Shown: positions 42,600 through 60,085 of the stretch, in pieces
Numbering within the stretch: the stretch's first letter is position 1
Layout of the letters: each line of letters opens with the position of its first letter
Source of the DNA: the human T2T-CHM13v2.0 reference genome, Homo sapiens
NCBI RefSeq assembly: GCF_009914755.1
Contig: NC_060931.1
DNA: 64,000 nucleotides
Reading direction: 5' to 3' (one strand)
The notes under the pieces: generated by a model
Databases searched by the model: none
Told to the model about the DNA's origin: nothing
Seen by the model: only the letters and a program-made list of their open reading frames with translations
Program-made: the position numbers and the translations under genes

Positions 42600-45110
42600 T
42601 CTAACTTCTATAAGAGCTTAACTTCAAAACATGTTGAACAGTATATACTGCTAAATGAAAAAGGGAAATACAGAATGGTGTTATGGTATGCTTCCCTTCG
42701 GGTAAGAAGGAAGGAATATAAGAAAATATATGTGTATGTATTTATTTGTGTAAAAGAAATTAAAGCAGGATAAATCAGAAACTAAAGAGATTGGTTACCT
42801 ATAGGAAGTGAATGGCAAAGGGGTAGAAAGAAGGGGAGAGAGATGGAAACAAGATAAAAAGGATAAGGAGGGTGCAATTCTTTTCTGAGAAGCTCTTTGT
42901 GTTTTGCTTGATTCCTAGAAACATAGTAGTGTTTTGCATACTCCCTCTCTATAAATAAATAGATCAATAAAACCAGGATGTAGGGGAACCTAAAATTGGA
43001 TACAAAAATATAACAGATGAGCCTGACTTTATTGTGAATTGATATTGATAACATATTTACACTGAAGGGGGTGGGAAAGAAAAGCACTAATCTGGGTATT
43101 TTGACTGGTATTGTGAGGCTAAGGGTAAAAAGTATTATACACAAACGCTTCGCTCAAGTTAGTGAATTTGTGTATCCTAGCAGTGTGGATTATCAATTCT
43201 GAAACTGCTTTATGTGTATGCTAGGATTAAACAAAGAAGTTAGAAGTACAGAAGTGGGAACCCTGTAGTATCAAACTCAATCAGAGGTTGTAGTATGAAC
43301 TCATGGTTTTTAGTATATACAGATGTGTATATATATATAGTAGCATACAGACATATATATATATGCAGATATATAAATGCAAAAATAAAAATAGGCCGGG
43401 CGCAGTGGCCCACGCCTGTAATCCCAGCACTTTGGGAGGCCGAGGCGGGCAGATCACGAGGTCAGGAGATCGAGACCATCCTGGCTATGGTGAAATCCCA
43501 TCTCTACTTAAAAAAAAAAAAAATACAAAAAATTAGCTGGGAAGGGTGGCTGGCGCCTATAGTCCTAGCTACTCAGGAGGCTGAGGCAGGAGAATGGCGT
43601 GAACCCGGGAGGAGGAAATTGCAATGAGCCGAGATCGCGCCACTGCACTCCAGCCTGGGTGACAGAGCGAAACTCCGTTTCAAAAAAATAAAATAAAATA
43701 AAATAAATGCAAAAATAAAATAGACGAATGTGTGCATGCACATGCATACATAATACATGATATTCCCTAGCTCTGTCTGAAGAGGACCTGGGAACAAAGA
43801 GGGCCTGGGAGCAAAGACATACTAGTAGTAGTGAACATACCTGGTGCCCAGATTTTGGTTTCTAATTACCATCTCTAATAAAAATAACCAGGCTGATTAT
43901 GTAGGTAATACATGCTTATCTTAAAAAGTGGTTTTATTCTGCTTTTCTTACTTTCTGTATTGTAAGCACTGTCCCATATGAGAAAAAGCATTTTTCAAGA
44001 TTCAAAGCATATCCAAAAGCAAGGAAGTTTTGCATTAAATATAAATAGTAATAGCACCTTCTTCTACGTGACAGAAGATATAAAAATTAAATACTTTAAA
44101 AAAGGAACCAGAGCTCCTTGGAGAAGTGGTTGATTCCAGGGCAGACTCAAGAAAACACAAGATGAGCCAGAAGCATCTTCTAGTGCCAGAAGGCTGAAAG
44201 TGCGCTCAAAAGACATAGAAGCCAGCCTCAAAGAGCTTCCAACAGCCAAAGCTGGAACAATTTGAGCAACAAAACAAATAATGGTGATATTAGATTATAG
44301 CCTGTAGAATAAAAGAAATATGAACCCATACTGATATAAATAAATAAATAAAAATAGGGGGGAAAGGACAGCTATTCCTTACAGTAAAATTCCATTTGAT
44401 AAATGAAGAAGAAATGAGAGAATGTAAAATCACCATTAGACAAACATCACAATAGCCATTACTGCAAGCAAGATCCAGCAGTGGATGCTAACATCAGTGA
44501 GAGAAAGTTTGAAGAGAAACAAAATATTTGCATAGTCTCAAATATATTTATTAATTTTAAGGGAAAACTGTTACTTTACAGGAGAGAGACCTAGTAGACA
44601 TCACCTTAACCAAATGATCACAGTGTAATGAGACATATCAACATCATGTATCACACATGTGATGCACTGAGAAGTGTACAACATCATTTCTGTGGTATTA
44701 GTGACAAAGGCACACAACCTCAATCTAATTATGATGAAGCACCAGACAACCCCAAGTTGACAAACATTTCAGAAAATAATTCGTCAGTATGCTTCAGGAG
44801 TGCCAGTGTCATGAAGACTAAGGAATTATCACAGACTGGAGGAAACTAAGGAGATATAACAACAGATGTGATGTGGAATTTCATAATGGATGCTGAAACA
44901 GAAAAGGGACATTAGTGGAAAAACTGGTGAAATTTGAATAAAGTCTGTCAGCTAACTAGCTAACGATATAATACCAATGTTAATTTCCTGGTTTTGGTAA
45001 TTTTACTGTGGTTATATAAGATGTTATATAGGTGAGGGGTATATGGAAACTCATTGTACTATTTTGTTTTCAATCTTGCTCTAAAATTATTTAAAACAAA
45101 AAAGTTTATA
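42600..45110 (+). mobile_element. Old L1M (L1MD/L1MC-like) 3' region, interrupted by an AluY and a ~200-bp insert
   Basis: GGAACCAGAGCTCCTTGGAGAA, CACCTTAACCAAATGATCA, GACATTAGTGGAAAAACTGGTGAAATTTGAATAAAGTCTG and an A-rich end. Confidence 0.65.
43394..43703 (+). mobile_element. AluY
   Basis: GGCCGGGCGCAGTGG start, GAATGGCGTGAACCCGGGA, (AAAAT)n tail, flanking repeat ATAAATGCAAAAATAAAA on both sides. Confidence 0.95.
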
Positions 45111-45699
45111 AAGAGGAACTACAAATATGCTCTATGGTCTCTTCCTAAAAACAAATACATACAGATATTTAGGATAAAGCTATTGGGTTATCGATTGACT
45201 TTTGACTTTTATAATTTAGGTATGTGTTTTACCATTTTGAGGGAAACTACTGAAAGAACAGAATAGAATAGAGAAAAAACAGAAAATATTAAAGGAGACA
45301 AGAAAAAAGAAGAAAATGGGAGGACAACTGGAAAACATAAAATGCTCTTTCTGCCAGATTAAGGAAAGTCTCTTTTATTCTGAGTTTGCTGAAAGTTCTT
45401 ACCATGAGTGGATGTTTTAAGCTCATTAAATGTATCTTCTGCATCTTTGAAATGATCATTTAATTTTTCTTATTTTTTTGCCATATTTCTTTTAATTTTT
45501 ATCTATAATTAGGAAATTTTTCTCAATCCCAGGCTACAGAGGAAGTTTATATTTTTTTATAGTTACATGGTTTCATTAGTATAGAACTCTTATCATTTTG
45601 GAATTTGAGATGCCACAGTAAGGTACACTCAACTTCCATGTGCAATTAAATTTTACATTCATCAGGCAGCATTCTGCTAAAAGAACCCTCTCTTTTTCA

Positions 45700-46740
45700 A
45701 TATAAATGTTTAATTTTTACATATAGATAATATTTGTACATACCATAAATATGTAGTACATGTGATATTTTGATACAAGGATACCATTGGCAATGATCAA
45801 ATTAGGGTAATTGGAACATCAGTCACTTCAAATATTTTATCATTTCTTTGTGTTAGGAACATATCAATTCCACTCCTCTCGTTATTTTTAAATATATAAT
45901 AAATTATTGTTAGCTATAGTCTTTTTATTGTGCTTCTGAACATTAGACCTTATTCCCTGTATCTAGTTGTATTTTTGTATTTACTATCCAAACCTTTTTA
46001 TCCCCTGCTCCTCACTACCCTCCCAGCCTCTAGTAACTGTCATTCTACTCTCTTATTTCCATGAGGTCAATATTTTAGCTTCCACATATGAGTTAAGGCA
46101 GGATAAGAACATGCAATATTTGTCTTTCTGTGTCTAGCTTATTTCACTTAACGTAATGTCCTGTAGTTCCATCCATGTTATTACAAAGGAAAGGATTTCA
46201 TTCTTTTATGTCTGAATAATATTCCATTGTTTATATGTATCACATTTTCTTCATTCATTCGTTGATGGACACTTAAGTTGATTACATATCTTGCCTAGTG
46301 TGAATAGTGCTGCAATAAACATGGGAATGCAGATCTCTCTTCAATATACCAATTTCCTTTCTTTTGGATATATATACAGCAGTGGGATTGCCAGATCATA
46401 TAATAGTTCTATTTTTAGTTTTTTGAGGAACCTCCATACCGTTTTCCATAGTGGTTGTATTAATTTACATTCCCACCAACAGTGTACAAACATTCCCCTT
46501 TCCCCACATCCTCACCAACATCTGTTACTTTTTCTCATTTTGATAAAAGCCATTTTAACTGGAGTGAGATGATGTCTCATTGTGGTTTTGATTTGCATTT
46601 CTCTGATGATTAGCGATGTTGAGCATATTTTTCATGTATGTGTTGCCCATTTGTATACCTTCTTTGGAGAAATGTCTGTTCAATCTTTTACCCATTTTTA
46701 ATTGGATTTTCTTTCTTTTTTTTGCTATTGAGCTGTTTGA
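45700..46740 (-). mobile_element. L1MA-like 3' end fragment
   Basis: Reverse-strand late ORF2 (GAGGAACCTCCATAC, CATTCCCACCAACAGTG, GGTTTTGATTTGCATTTC) plus 3'UTR. Confidence 0.8.
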
Positions 46741-48599
46741 GAACTTTCTCTTGTCTATCAATCAACTATTTACCTATCCATTTTTAAAATTAATATAGGA
46801 TTGATGGATTCATTTTATTCAGTGGTTATACTTCACTACTGCCTTTGCTTATTTTGATACTGAAAATTTCCCAGATTTGAGCAGAGGAAAATAATTCAGG
46901 CTCCTGTGTCCTCCTTCCCTCTCACCCCTCCCTGGCTCCTCTTTCTGTTCTTCCCTTTCCCTCTTTCTTTCTTGTAATTTTATTGAGATATAATTCACAT
47001 GCCACAAAATTCACCCTCCTATGTCCTTTTAATATGCCCCCATCATTTTTTTCCCTAATTTTCTAATTTTCTGGTACAATAAGACATTTTTGGCCTATTT
47101 TGTACCTTCCCAAGCTTGAAATAAGCAATTTCTCCTGGTTCTTTTTAGTATAGGATATTATTAAGAAACCAGTATCTGAGTAGTAGTTGTGCTTATTGCT
47201 ATTGGTGTGTTATTGCTTCTTGATTCTTCAGTGGACAGGAAAAACGTACGAAGAAGTAAATGTTTATGATTTGTTTGCTCTTCTATTCCCTAGACTGCTT
47301 TTTTAACATCTAAAAATGGTAGCTCATGAAATATACTCTTTTGCACTTTGATTTTGCAGGGTAACAGTGTACCCTAGATATCAGGTTCTACCAGTTCATA
47401 GAGCTCTTTCTTATTCTTGTCTAAGCTTTATAGTTCTCCAATTTATGGATATACCATAGTTTATTCAACCACTCTCATTTAAGTAGTTTCAACTGTTTTG
47501 CTACTGCAAAAAAATGCTGTAATTTATTACTTTGTGCAGATATATTTTCATTTTATTAAAGGTATTGATAATTAATTTTAAGACTTCATCTTAGCTATTT
47601 CTTAAAACTTTATCAAAGGCGCTCACTAGGGGTGTTACTGACTGATTTGTTCCACCTTATTTTTTATTTCTCATTTACTCTCTGGTAGATATAGTAATGT
47701 ACAGTGAAATAGTGAAGATGCAGATAGCCAAGGAGTAGAAGAGAGTAGGGTATGAGAACATTAACTCCTAAATAATAAAGGTTGGCTACTTAGTTGTTCC
47801 CATTTCACATGTACAAGGCTATTTGCACCTAGCTTGGGGTTTTTAGTTGCTGGCATTAGTGGTGGCGCTGCTATCTTTGTCTTCAGGTGGTTCACTGGTA
47901 GAATATTTAAAAAGGAAGGTCCTCAAAGACTGTCCACTTCAACTTCTCCATTGTGCATGTGGGGTCCCAGTGCCCACAGGCTTACCTGATATCACATAGC
48001 ATTTTAATGGTGAGCTGTGACTGGAACCAGATCTCCAAACACATGCTTGTTCCACCTACACCACATCATCTTTCCTTTTACAAACATCAGACTTTGGCAT
48101 GGAGTGGGAAAAACTTTTTTTGCAAATAGTGAATATAAGAAGCTAAATAACTTATTTTGATTTTAACTTTTAAGGTCCTTTATTTTTTTGCTCCAATTTT
48201 TGCTGCAACTCTTTGCCCTTTCTTCTCACCAACTGTGGGTCAGTGGTAAGCAGCAGATACACAGTGCTTACTATGTGCTGGCCACTTTTTAAGCACATTA
48301 CACATATTAAAGCATTTATCCCTTCCAGTCATCCAACAAGGTAGAGATGATTTCAGATGAAGAAGATGAGGCCCAGAGAAGCTAAGTAACTCATTCAAGG
48401 TCACATGCATGTTCAAGGTCTGGGCTGCTGATTGATAAAGTCCTGGCAGCACAGACAAGAATATGTCTCCCTGATGTCTTTTATTTTTTTCCCCTGCCAT
48501 ATTTGGTACCAGAGCCAGAGATCCCCTGGGACCACACAGATTATCCTAGAAATTTCTGATACAGGGAAGAATAAGTACTTCAATTGTACTGGAAGTCAT

Positions 48600-48603
<4 letters not shown>

Positions 48604-48648
<45 letters not shown>

Positions 48649-48662
48649 GCACACACACACAC
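48604..48662. repeat. (AC)n microsatellite with CGCG interruption
   Basis: Directly read. Confidence 0.95.
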
Positions 48663-49235
48663 TTTCACTATTTATTTATTTTATATAGGTTATGTGTAAA
48701 CTATATAGAGAGAGTTTGACAGGTTATTTCAGAGTGAGTGGAAAGACTTTCAAAAGAAAATTTGAAGACATTTTAAAACTTTTTCCTTTCAGCAGTTAAT
48801 TGATTGCTATTTTTAAATTTAAAATATGCATACTTTAAATACCTCAAGATTTCTTGAAGTTATAACTTGGGCTTCTTGCTTACGATTAATTAAAAAGAAG
48901 TGATCTTTTTATTCACAAGTGGGGCTTTTATCTGGCTTCTACTATTATGTAACCTTATCTGACTTGAACAGGTCTGGTGATAGGATGATTTACCACTCTA
49001 AACTTCAGGACTTGAGGCTGGTAAGTATTTGTCTTTTAAAAGTATGAAATGATTTAAAAAAAGATATTCCAACCTCTCCCAAGTAGAGGAGGACAGAGAA
49101 GAATTGATGCTGCATGCTCTTGGCTGGCCCAGTATTCCTTTCAACTTTTTAGTTGAATTAGAGTGGTGTTCTCATGGGTTCAATCATGCTGTCATGAAAC
49201 AGTTCATCAGTATGTCTCTTAAAAGCCTTAAATAA

Positions 49236-51977
<2,742 letters not shown>

Positions 51978-54900
51978 AAATGTCCTCTTGCTAAGAAGTC
52001 TGAAAATTGGATTCAGACATATCTTTGCCCTATCACTTTATTTTTTTATTTGTAATAATTTTATACTATTATCATGCCTTCACACAAGTTATCACATTTA
52101 ATTTCTACATAGATCTTGAAATAAGGAGGGAAGCTATTACCACCAGTGTGTAGAGAAAACTGAGTCTTAGAGATTTTAAGCAATTTGCCCCAGGTTGCAG
52201 TACAGTGGTGAGGTAGAGCTGGTAGGAAATGAGTAAGCTGGACTCCTGACTCCAATGCTTGTTCTTCCCTACAAGGCAGGACACTCCCAAGTGGGATGAC
52301 TTGCGATCCCAGAAATCACAATAGTTGTTCAGCTGTGGTCTGGAATGGAGCAAGACAATGCCAGAGACTGCTTCTTCCTTTTTCACAGGAAGTCACCTGC
52401 TTGTGCAGGCCCTTTAAGACTACTTTTGCACTGCTCTACATATTTCTCTTGTTTTGGTGGAGAACTCTGCTAAATATTTGAAGCCTAGTTTTGGCAAGTT
52501 CTGAAAGATAAACCAGAAGTTACATAGGAAGTTGAGTGTGTTACCACTCACCTAGCATAATCTCCCTGCCACACACAGCCTGAAAACAAAAACAAAAACC
52601 AAGGTTTCAGGTAGGAATTTATGCTTTTACGTTGCATTGCCTTTTGGGAAGGACTCATCGTCACAGCTGTGTTCTGAGATGCCTGAGCTGTTAAAATCTA
52701 TCCCATATCAGTATATAAGCTTTCATATTTCCTGTATCTCTAGGACAAAGGACAATGGTGTAGTTTTCCAACTGGATTCAGAATATACTTAGCAAAGCAT
52801 ATGCAAAAACATATGCAAGAACTAGTATGAAACATTGGAGTAAAGCCCAAAGGAAATATGCATTAAAAGTACCAGAACATGAAAATCCTGTGTTCAAAGA
52901 AGCGCATTCAGCGGCTTTAGGCTGCTGCCTTTTGCAGGCTCTGCTCTCCCACCAGGCTTCAGGGCTGTCTGTTTCTCCACAGTCAGAAAGCTAAAGCTTG
53001 CTCTTTGGCCCTAAGTCCTGACAACTTGAAAATCTTAGTATTGGGCATTCCTATTTGAAATCCCTAATAAAAGTGGGAAATTTTTGAAGGGCCATCCTTT
53101 TCAGTGTTTAGCTTGGAATTCATCCTGCCCTTCAGGGGCCTCCAAAAAAGACAAACCACTTCATCCTCTGAAACACTTCATTATGAGCTGAAAGGGAGCC
53201 AGTACAGAAGACCCTATTCTATCTGAGATGGAACAGGACAGTATGTTTGTCTTGTTTCCTAGTATTGCCAGGTCTTAGGGTCACCAAGCCATCCACTGTC
53301 TCAAGTTGGTCTTATTTATTTGTGTCATGCAAAGGGGAATTCATTTTCTAAATTGTTAAGAGTTAAAATATGTTTATTACACTCTTTGGAAGGTTTGGCC
53401 CGGCGTGTATCACAGCCCTGTCTTGAAGCACTGAGGTTTGTTTTCCATCAATTTTCGCCTCAAACATGAAAGAAGTTTCAACAGTGGCTAGGATATTACC
53501 TGTCATTTTAATGATCAGATGAAGAGAAGTTAAATTATAAGATGACCTGGACAACAACCAGACTTCAGAATCCATTTCAATAAAGTGTTAGTGAGCTTCC
53601 CAGTACCCCTGATGATGGTGAAAAAAATAAAATGTCAGCCAAGCATTTCAAGACAGATTAGAGAATTACCCAATTCCCTCCACCTCCTCACTCTAAGTCT
53701 AAGGCAAATGTTTGTTTAAAAATTTAAAACTAAGCAGTTTATGTTCAACTGGATGAATTCATTCATTTGGGACAGAACACCAACCAAAAAATGTAATCTA
53801 TAATGTTTGCTTCATACCTAGTATATTCTTCATGAAGAACTCTCTTTTCTGTGTCATTACTCAATTGGAACACCATAAATGCAGCAAAAAGTTTTATTTA
53901 ATTATTAGCTGTTTTAAAACCAATTTATTTATGATAACAATAACATTTGTCGACCACTTTTGTATGCCTGGCATATCCTTATGGGAACTTTTATTTAATC
54001 TTTTAAAAAATCCTACAAGATAGGTACTTATTACCCCCCTACTTTATAGATGACTGAATAGAGGCCTCTGCTGGTTAGGTGACTTGCCAAAGGCCATCCA
54101 GCTGTGGAGCAGGAACTGAAGCCCAGGAGTCTCACTCCAGCACGGTACCCTCTTCACTAGATGATTTTCTGTCATGTAGCTCAATTAGCCCGGGTAACAT
54201 GGTTGGTTGATGACACGTCTACTAGATGATCACTCGAGAAAAGAAAGTTAATCACGAGGCATTGTTTTTCAGGGACAATGGGAGAAATTGACTTTTTAAC
54301 ATGCTTATTTAGCATCTGTATAATTGTAGTGGGCCCTGTAGAAGTAATTTTATAGAAGTAGACTTAGGTAGAAATGAAGTAGGTAACAGTCAAGAAATAA
54401 GATTGCTTATTTGTATGCAAAACAATAGCCTATTGCTTATGTTGCCAAGAAAAGACTTTGTTTTTCCTTTTTAAGTGATGACTACCCATATGCTGCTCAA
54501 AAGAGACCAGAGAAAACATCAAAGAACCCTACAAGAGGCTGAACCAGAGAATATTCTGGAAGGTTGTTAAAGAATAATTTCACTGAGGAGAAATTTTTTA
54601 CAGATGAAACTGGCAGATGGGAGTTATTCATTCATCTCTTCCAGAAATAGCTGAAAGGAATACAATAGAAATCATTCTATTTTGAACATATATAGGGTGA
54701 TGGATTCAGCCAGGATGCTAAGACAGTTTTGGATTTTTTCAGTTTTATATGCTTAGGGTTTCCATGAATATCACTGAAACCCGTGATTCAGTAACTTGGA
54801 GTGCTAGAGGTTTAATGCTCTCTCTGCATTGTGAACCACATCATTTAGAACAGAACCTTTGGAAAAAGTAAAGGTTGTTTTGAACATTGGTAAGTATCCA

Positions 54901-54996
54901 TACCAAGCTGTGTTATACAGCCAGTCATTGGCCATGGCCGTCAGAGAAAGCCTTTGTCTACCACTTACCGAAAGGTGTGTATTTTGTGTGTATTTT

Positions 54997-54997
<1 letters not shown>

Positions 54998-55036
<39 letters not shown>
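54998..55036. repeat. (TG)n(AG)n compound microsatellite
   Basis: Directly read. Confidence 0.95.
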
Positions 55037-56443
55037 GAAGAGAGTGAGAAGAATCTTTTTTATTTGTTTTTTTTTGTTCTAAAATGTCCATCTTGGGCCA
55101 AGACACTGTGTACTTGCTTCGGGGAAAAAGACTATAAAATAGGACACTTGTTTCAAAAATAAGTAGTTTTTCTAGTAGAATTAAATGATAGCAGAGTAAG
55201 TTCTTCTCACTGGCGAAATGGAAGGTCACTGTATGTCCAGAGACTTTATTTACACCTATAAACGTTATGACTGTGGCACATTAAGCCCATATTCTTGTAC
55301 ATAAAAAGCCACTTTACCTCAGCCTTAACTTGTTCCTGTAAAAACAGAGCTTTGTTTTATAGCCTGTCTAGCTGTATCTCTGCTTGACAAATAGACATCA
55401 AATAAAGAAGCAATTGTGCAAGAAGGCTCATGTAACTTACTCAGAGACTTTGGCTAGATCTACTTACCTGAACAGCCTTCAGTAGTAACAAACGGAGCCC
55501 AGCTGATAAATAGCTGGTTTTAATTTTCATGAAAGTTAGAAGTATCACCTGCCAAGAGGGTTGGTTATTCTTGTAGTTTGGGTTCAAAAGCCTTGCTGGT
55601 TCCAGAATGATGATAGCCACTAACATTTATATGATATTCTGACCTTTTCAAAATCATTTATATGATCTCATTTTATCCTTACAAGGTTTTTAGAAAGTAA
55701 AAGCCATAATATATATAGCATATACTGTTTCAGTTTGTTTTTCACGCACATGAATTTAAACACACACGATTTCCAGAATAATTTACTATCAATTCCTTAA
55801 TAGACTAATGTACTCTTTTTTTTTCTTTTCTTATTTTCCTTTTCTTATTTTCCTTCTTTTGTGTTGTCTAGACAGTTTTACTTCCAATTATTTTACACCA
55901 TGGTTAGTCATCGGTGAGCTTCCAGGCCTTTGCAGAACATTGTGATTTTTTCTTTTCTTTTCTTTTTCTTAAGACTTGATGTAAAATCATGACTTGTCTT
56001 TTTTCTGCTTGGTTTTCTCACCTACCCCTAGCCCCTCTTTGCTGTAATAGATATTGACCCTAAGTCCTTGAGTTATCTCAGTCAGGGCACTGGGTGAGGG
56101 AAGGCCTATCAGACATCTGAGTGGTTGTTGGAAAATATGGAGGAGTTAGGCCAACTAGGAGGCAGAGGTGTTCCAGGCTGAGTAAACTGTATGCATGCAA
56201 AAAGGCACAGAGGTGGGGCACAGTGTGAGGAGGCTCGGAAATGTAATGTGAGCAGACCCATGGGGCTGCTTGGAAGGGGTGGTGTCCATCAGAGGAGGCT
56301 GGGAAGGGGCTAAGTGAAGGCCAGGACAGGTTGGGAGAACTGCAGTCTACTCCAAAAAGCTAAACAGAACCACTTAAGGCTTTTAAGTACAAGGATGATA
56401 TGATCACTGTTCCCTTTTCATAGTTATACCTTGTTTCTACAAT

Positions 56444-56475
56444 ACACACACACACACACACACACATACACACAC
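56444..56475. repeat. (AC)n microsatellite
   Basis: Directly read. Confidence 0.9.
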
Positions 56476-57649
56476 TGCATCTGATGCTCACAAGGTCAAA
56501 GTTACATAGTTAACATTTCTGGACACTTTTGCCCTTCAGGTTCTATTTCTACTCACTTGACCTCCTGCCCATTCATTTTATTCAATTCAGTAAACATTTA
56601 GTTAGGAACATCTTAAAGCCCTCCAGGAGCAGATCTGCCACATTGTATGTTTACATGGACTTAAAGAGAATATGAGGATTTGGGTGATGAAAGACTTTTC
56701 TTAATTTAAACTTGGCAACATCCTTTCCCATCCTCATACTTTCTTGTTAAATGTGTCCCCTTATGACTGCCATGGTGTTGCACGTCTGCTCAGTTTGTGG
56801 GAGCTCCATACCACATCTATTCCTGCCTGCTACCAGAGGACCAGCCTTTGGAACAAGACTGCTGGTCCAGAACTAAGTAATGTGGGAGCCTGTACTTTCT
56901 CCTGTATTTTGCATTATCTTGAATATACCCTCTTGTTTCATTTTGCTGGTATCTACAATTTGACCCGCATATGTCTGAAAACAGAATTCTATTTTTTCTA
57001 AGACTAACCTTACCAAGCTCAGACATAGTAGTAAAGAAATCTCCTTTTTGACTACTTCAGTGACATATCTTAATATGAAAGCATTTAGCACCATGCCTGA
57101 CAAGTGGGGGATGCTCAGTACTTTCGTTTCCTCTCCCCTCTACCCTTTCTCCCTATTTTTATTTATTTGTGTTGCTTTTTGGTGTTTTGGTTGATATTGT
57201 TGCATCAGCTTACATGCATTTGATAGATCCATGATAGATAGATAAATAGACTTCTTTATCTATAGACAGACTATCTATAGACTAGATCTTCCTTTCCTTT
57301 CCTGTCCTGTCCTGTCCTTTCCCCCTTGATTCTCTTTATATATATATTTCTCACATTGGATTCTTGATATTTGGTTTCTTTAATTTTCACATATAGTTTT
57401 TGTTTGTTTATTTATTTATTGAAAGCCATTTTATCCAAGTGATTGTACTTAATTATGGGAGATACAAGCCAGGATAAGATAAAATCCTCAGCATAGGAGA
57501 GTCTGGTACAGGAGATACACAAATAAAGACGCCAAAACATGTGATGTGCCCTTTGGGAACATCTAGGGTATTTGAGAGCTAGGGCTTGACTCTGGATTTG
57601 GGGCTGGAAAAAATTTTACAGAGGAAGTGACCTGGAGAGGCCAAATGCT

Positions 57650-57890
57650 ACGAACATGGTTTTAGAGCCACGTTTTTGGTTGAGTTTGTATCATAGCTTC
57701 GCACTAACTAGCTGTGTGACCTTGGGTAAGTTATTTAACCCCTCTGTGCCTCAGTTTTCTCATCTGTAAAGGGGAGATTATAATAGCATTACCTTGTAGA
57801 TGTTGTTACCAGTGTTGAATGTTATTATATATATCTCATTTAGAATAGCACTTGCCTTTTAGAAGCACTTGATAGATATTAGCCATTGTC
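57650..57890. mobile_element. MIR SINE
   Basis: Well-preserved core CTAGCTGTGTGACCTTGGGTAAGTTATTTAACCCCTCTGTGCCTCAGTTTTCTCATCTGTAAA. Confidence 0.85.
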
Positions 57891-60085
57891 ATTATTATTA
57901 TTATTTCTATAATTATTATCATAGTTATTCTTTAAGCTGATTCATGAAGAATGTTATTTAAAGGAACATTCCTGGCAGAGGATATAATTTAATTGGTGTT
58001 ACTTTGAATATAATAACCCCTCCACTATATTTTCTAAGTGGATATTGTTAATGCAGAGAGAAATGATCAATATTTTTATACTTATATTTTACATGTATTT
58101 TGTAATCTTCTACCTAGTCTATGTGATAGGTGGAAAATAAGACTTTTTATTTTATATTTTTGGAATTTTTTAGGTCTACAATTATATCATCTGGAAATTA
58201 TGATTATTCTTTTTTCTAATGCATACATTTCTTCCTTTCTAAAATATCTTATTATACTGCTTTGAATTTCTGGAACAATGTCAAGTAGTAGTTGTGATAG
58301 CTAAGATCCTCATTTTTAACCTAATGCTAACGTGAATATTTTGTCTGCTTTACTTATAAATTTTATGTTGCCTATTAGTTTTAGATCCTTATTCCTAGTT
58401 CACTGGCATTTTTAAAAAAATTAGAGTCCAGAGTGCTCATCATTACACTATGGAATCTCTATTTTTTTTTGAAAATTAGAAGTGGATGTTAAATATTATC
58501 CTCTATTGAGATTCCGTTTTGATATATTTATTTGAGGACTTAATTGAATCATTTTGCATTTCTGGATCAAGTTATCTTTAATTATACTTTTAAAAATATG
58601 ATTCTGAGTTTGAATTACTAATACCTTAATGGATTTTGCATACATATACATGCATGAGATTGCTCTCAAATTTTTTCCTGAATGAGTTTGTACTCAGGGA
58701 TTTGGGTGGTTTTATAGCATGGTGATGCTAACTTTGGAAAATAGATCTTCCTAGAAATGTTAAATGTTCTACCACTGTCCAGCATCTTTAGAAAATGCCA
58801 AGTTCCCTTCCCTAAGATCATTCTTTTAATTATTTTTCCTTTATATTTGTTGTAATTAAATTTTATCCTCTATGAGCTCCTTTGAATTTTCCCAACTTTC
58901 AGAAGATTGATTTTGTCTTTTTCCTCAACAGAATTGGTAAAGGCTTTATTTTCCACTTTATTATTTTACTTCTTTTTAGTTGTAAATCCTATCTACTCTA
59001 ATGAGCCACTTTCTCTCCTTTGTAATTATATGCTGGATTCCTATAGAAGTATCCACCAATGCTGAATTCTTTTAAAACAGTGCAAGATGTTTTTAGACAG
59101 TCTCAGGGTCTATCTTCATTGGTGTCTCTTTAAGTTACTTCTGTGCTAATTCCTTTTTTACTAAGAGGAAACTTCAGTGATTTTCCCAAACCCTTTCACT
59201 TTTCTTTTGAGCAAGGGGTGTAGTAGGTGTTGAGGATATGGAGTATATACCATGATCTTCTTTTTGCCAGTCTAGAACTCAGATTGTTTGGACAGTAATT
59301 CACAACTGCATTTCTATGTGTCTTTCCTTTCTGACAAGGAGAAGCGAGAGAATGGGATAGTTTAGACTTGAATTTTGGAATCAGCATATAACAGATTTGA
59401 ATTCAAGTTCTCCCAATCACTATGTATGTGACTTTGAGCAAGTCACTTAAGCTTTTTACAGCTTAGTTTCATCATTAGTGAAATGAGACACTAATCACTA
59501 CCATTCTAGATCACTATTAAATGAGCAAACACAAAATAAGTAACACTATGGCTAGCACATAAGTGCTAAAAAAAAGGTACTAATGTAATTATTATTCAAT
59601 TATGATTAACATATTCTTATATAAAAATTGCATCCGGTTCATCACCCCTCAAAACCCATAGTCTGGATCTAGTTGTCTGGATTATCTAAAGTGTAGATAA
59701 TCTGTACATTCCTGCCTTGTACATTCGTACCTTTTTTTGAGTTTCTTCAATTTCTGCCTTCTGTGTTTCTCTCACTACTGCAGTGTGCTTTGGTAGAAAA
59801 TACTCATGACACAGCAGACCTGGGCTCTACTCCTAACAGGGTCATTGGCTCACTGTCTGACCTTGGGTCAGTAAATCTTTTTATCATTTATTATAATAAC
59901 TGCCAATTACTGAGCATCACTTTACCTCTGATGCCTTATATAAGGTTTTATTTACTCCCCACAATCAGTTTTAGGAAGATACTTTCATTTCTCAAATGAA
60001 GAAATAGAAACTCAAAGGTATTGGGTAATTTGCCCGGGAGCTAACTTGATGTGTGGTTTTTCTGGGACATAAAGGTGCAGATTTT

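Noticed and set aside
54540-54620. EEKFFTDETG resembling the pogo/Tigger 'FNxDETG' motif
   Set aside because: Too short, with no flanking transposase similarity or TIR recognised.
57225-57320. GATA/TCTA-rich imperfect hairpin and (TCCTG)n
   Set aside because: Degenerate low-complexity sequence with only a 9-bp stem.
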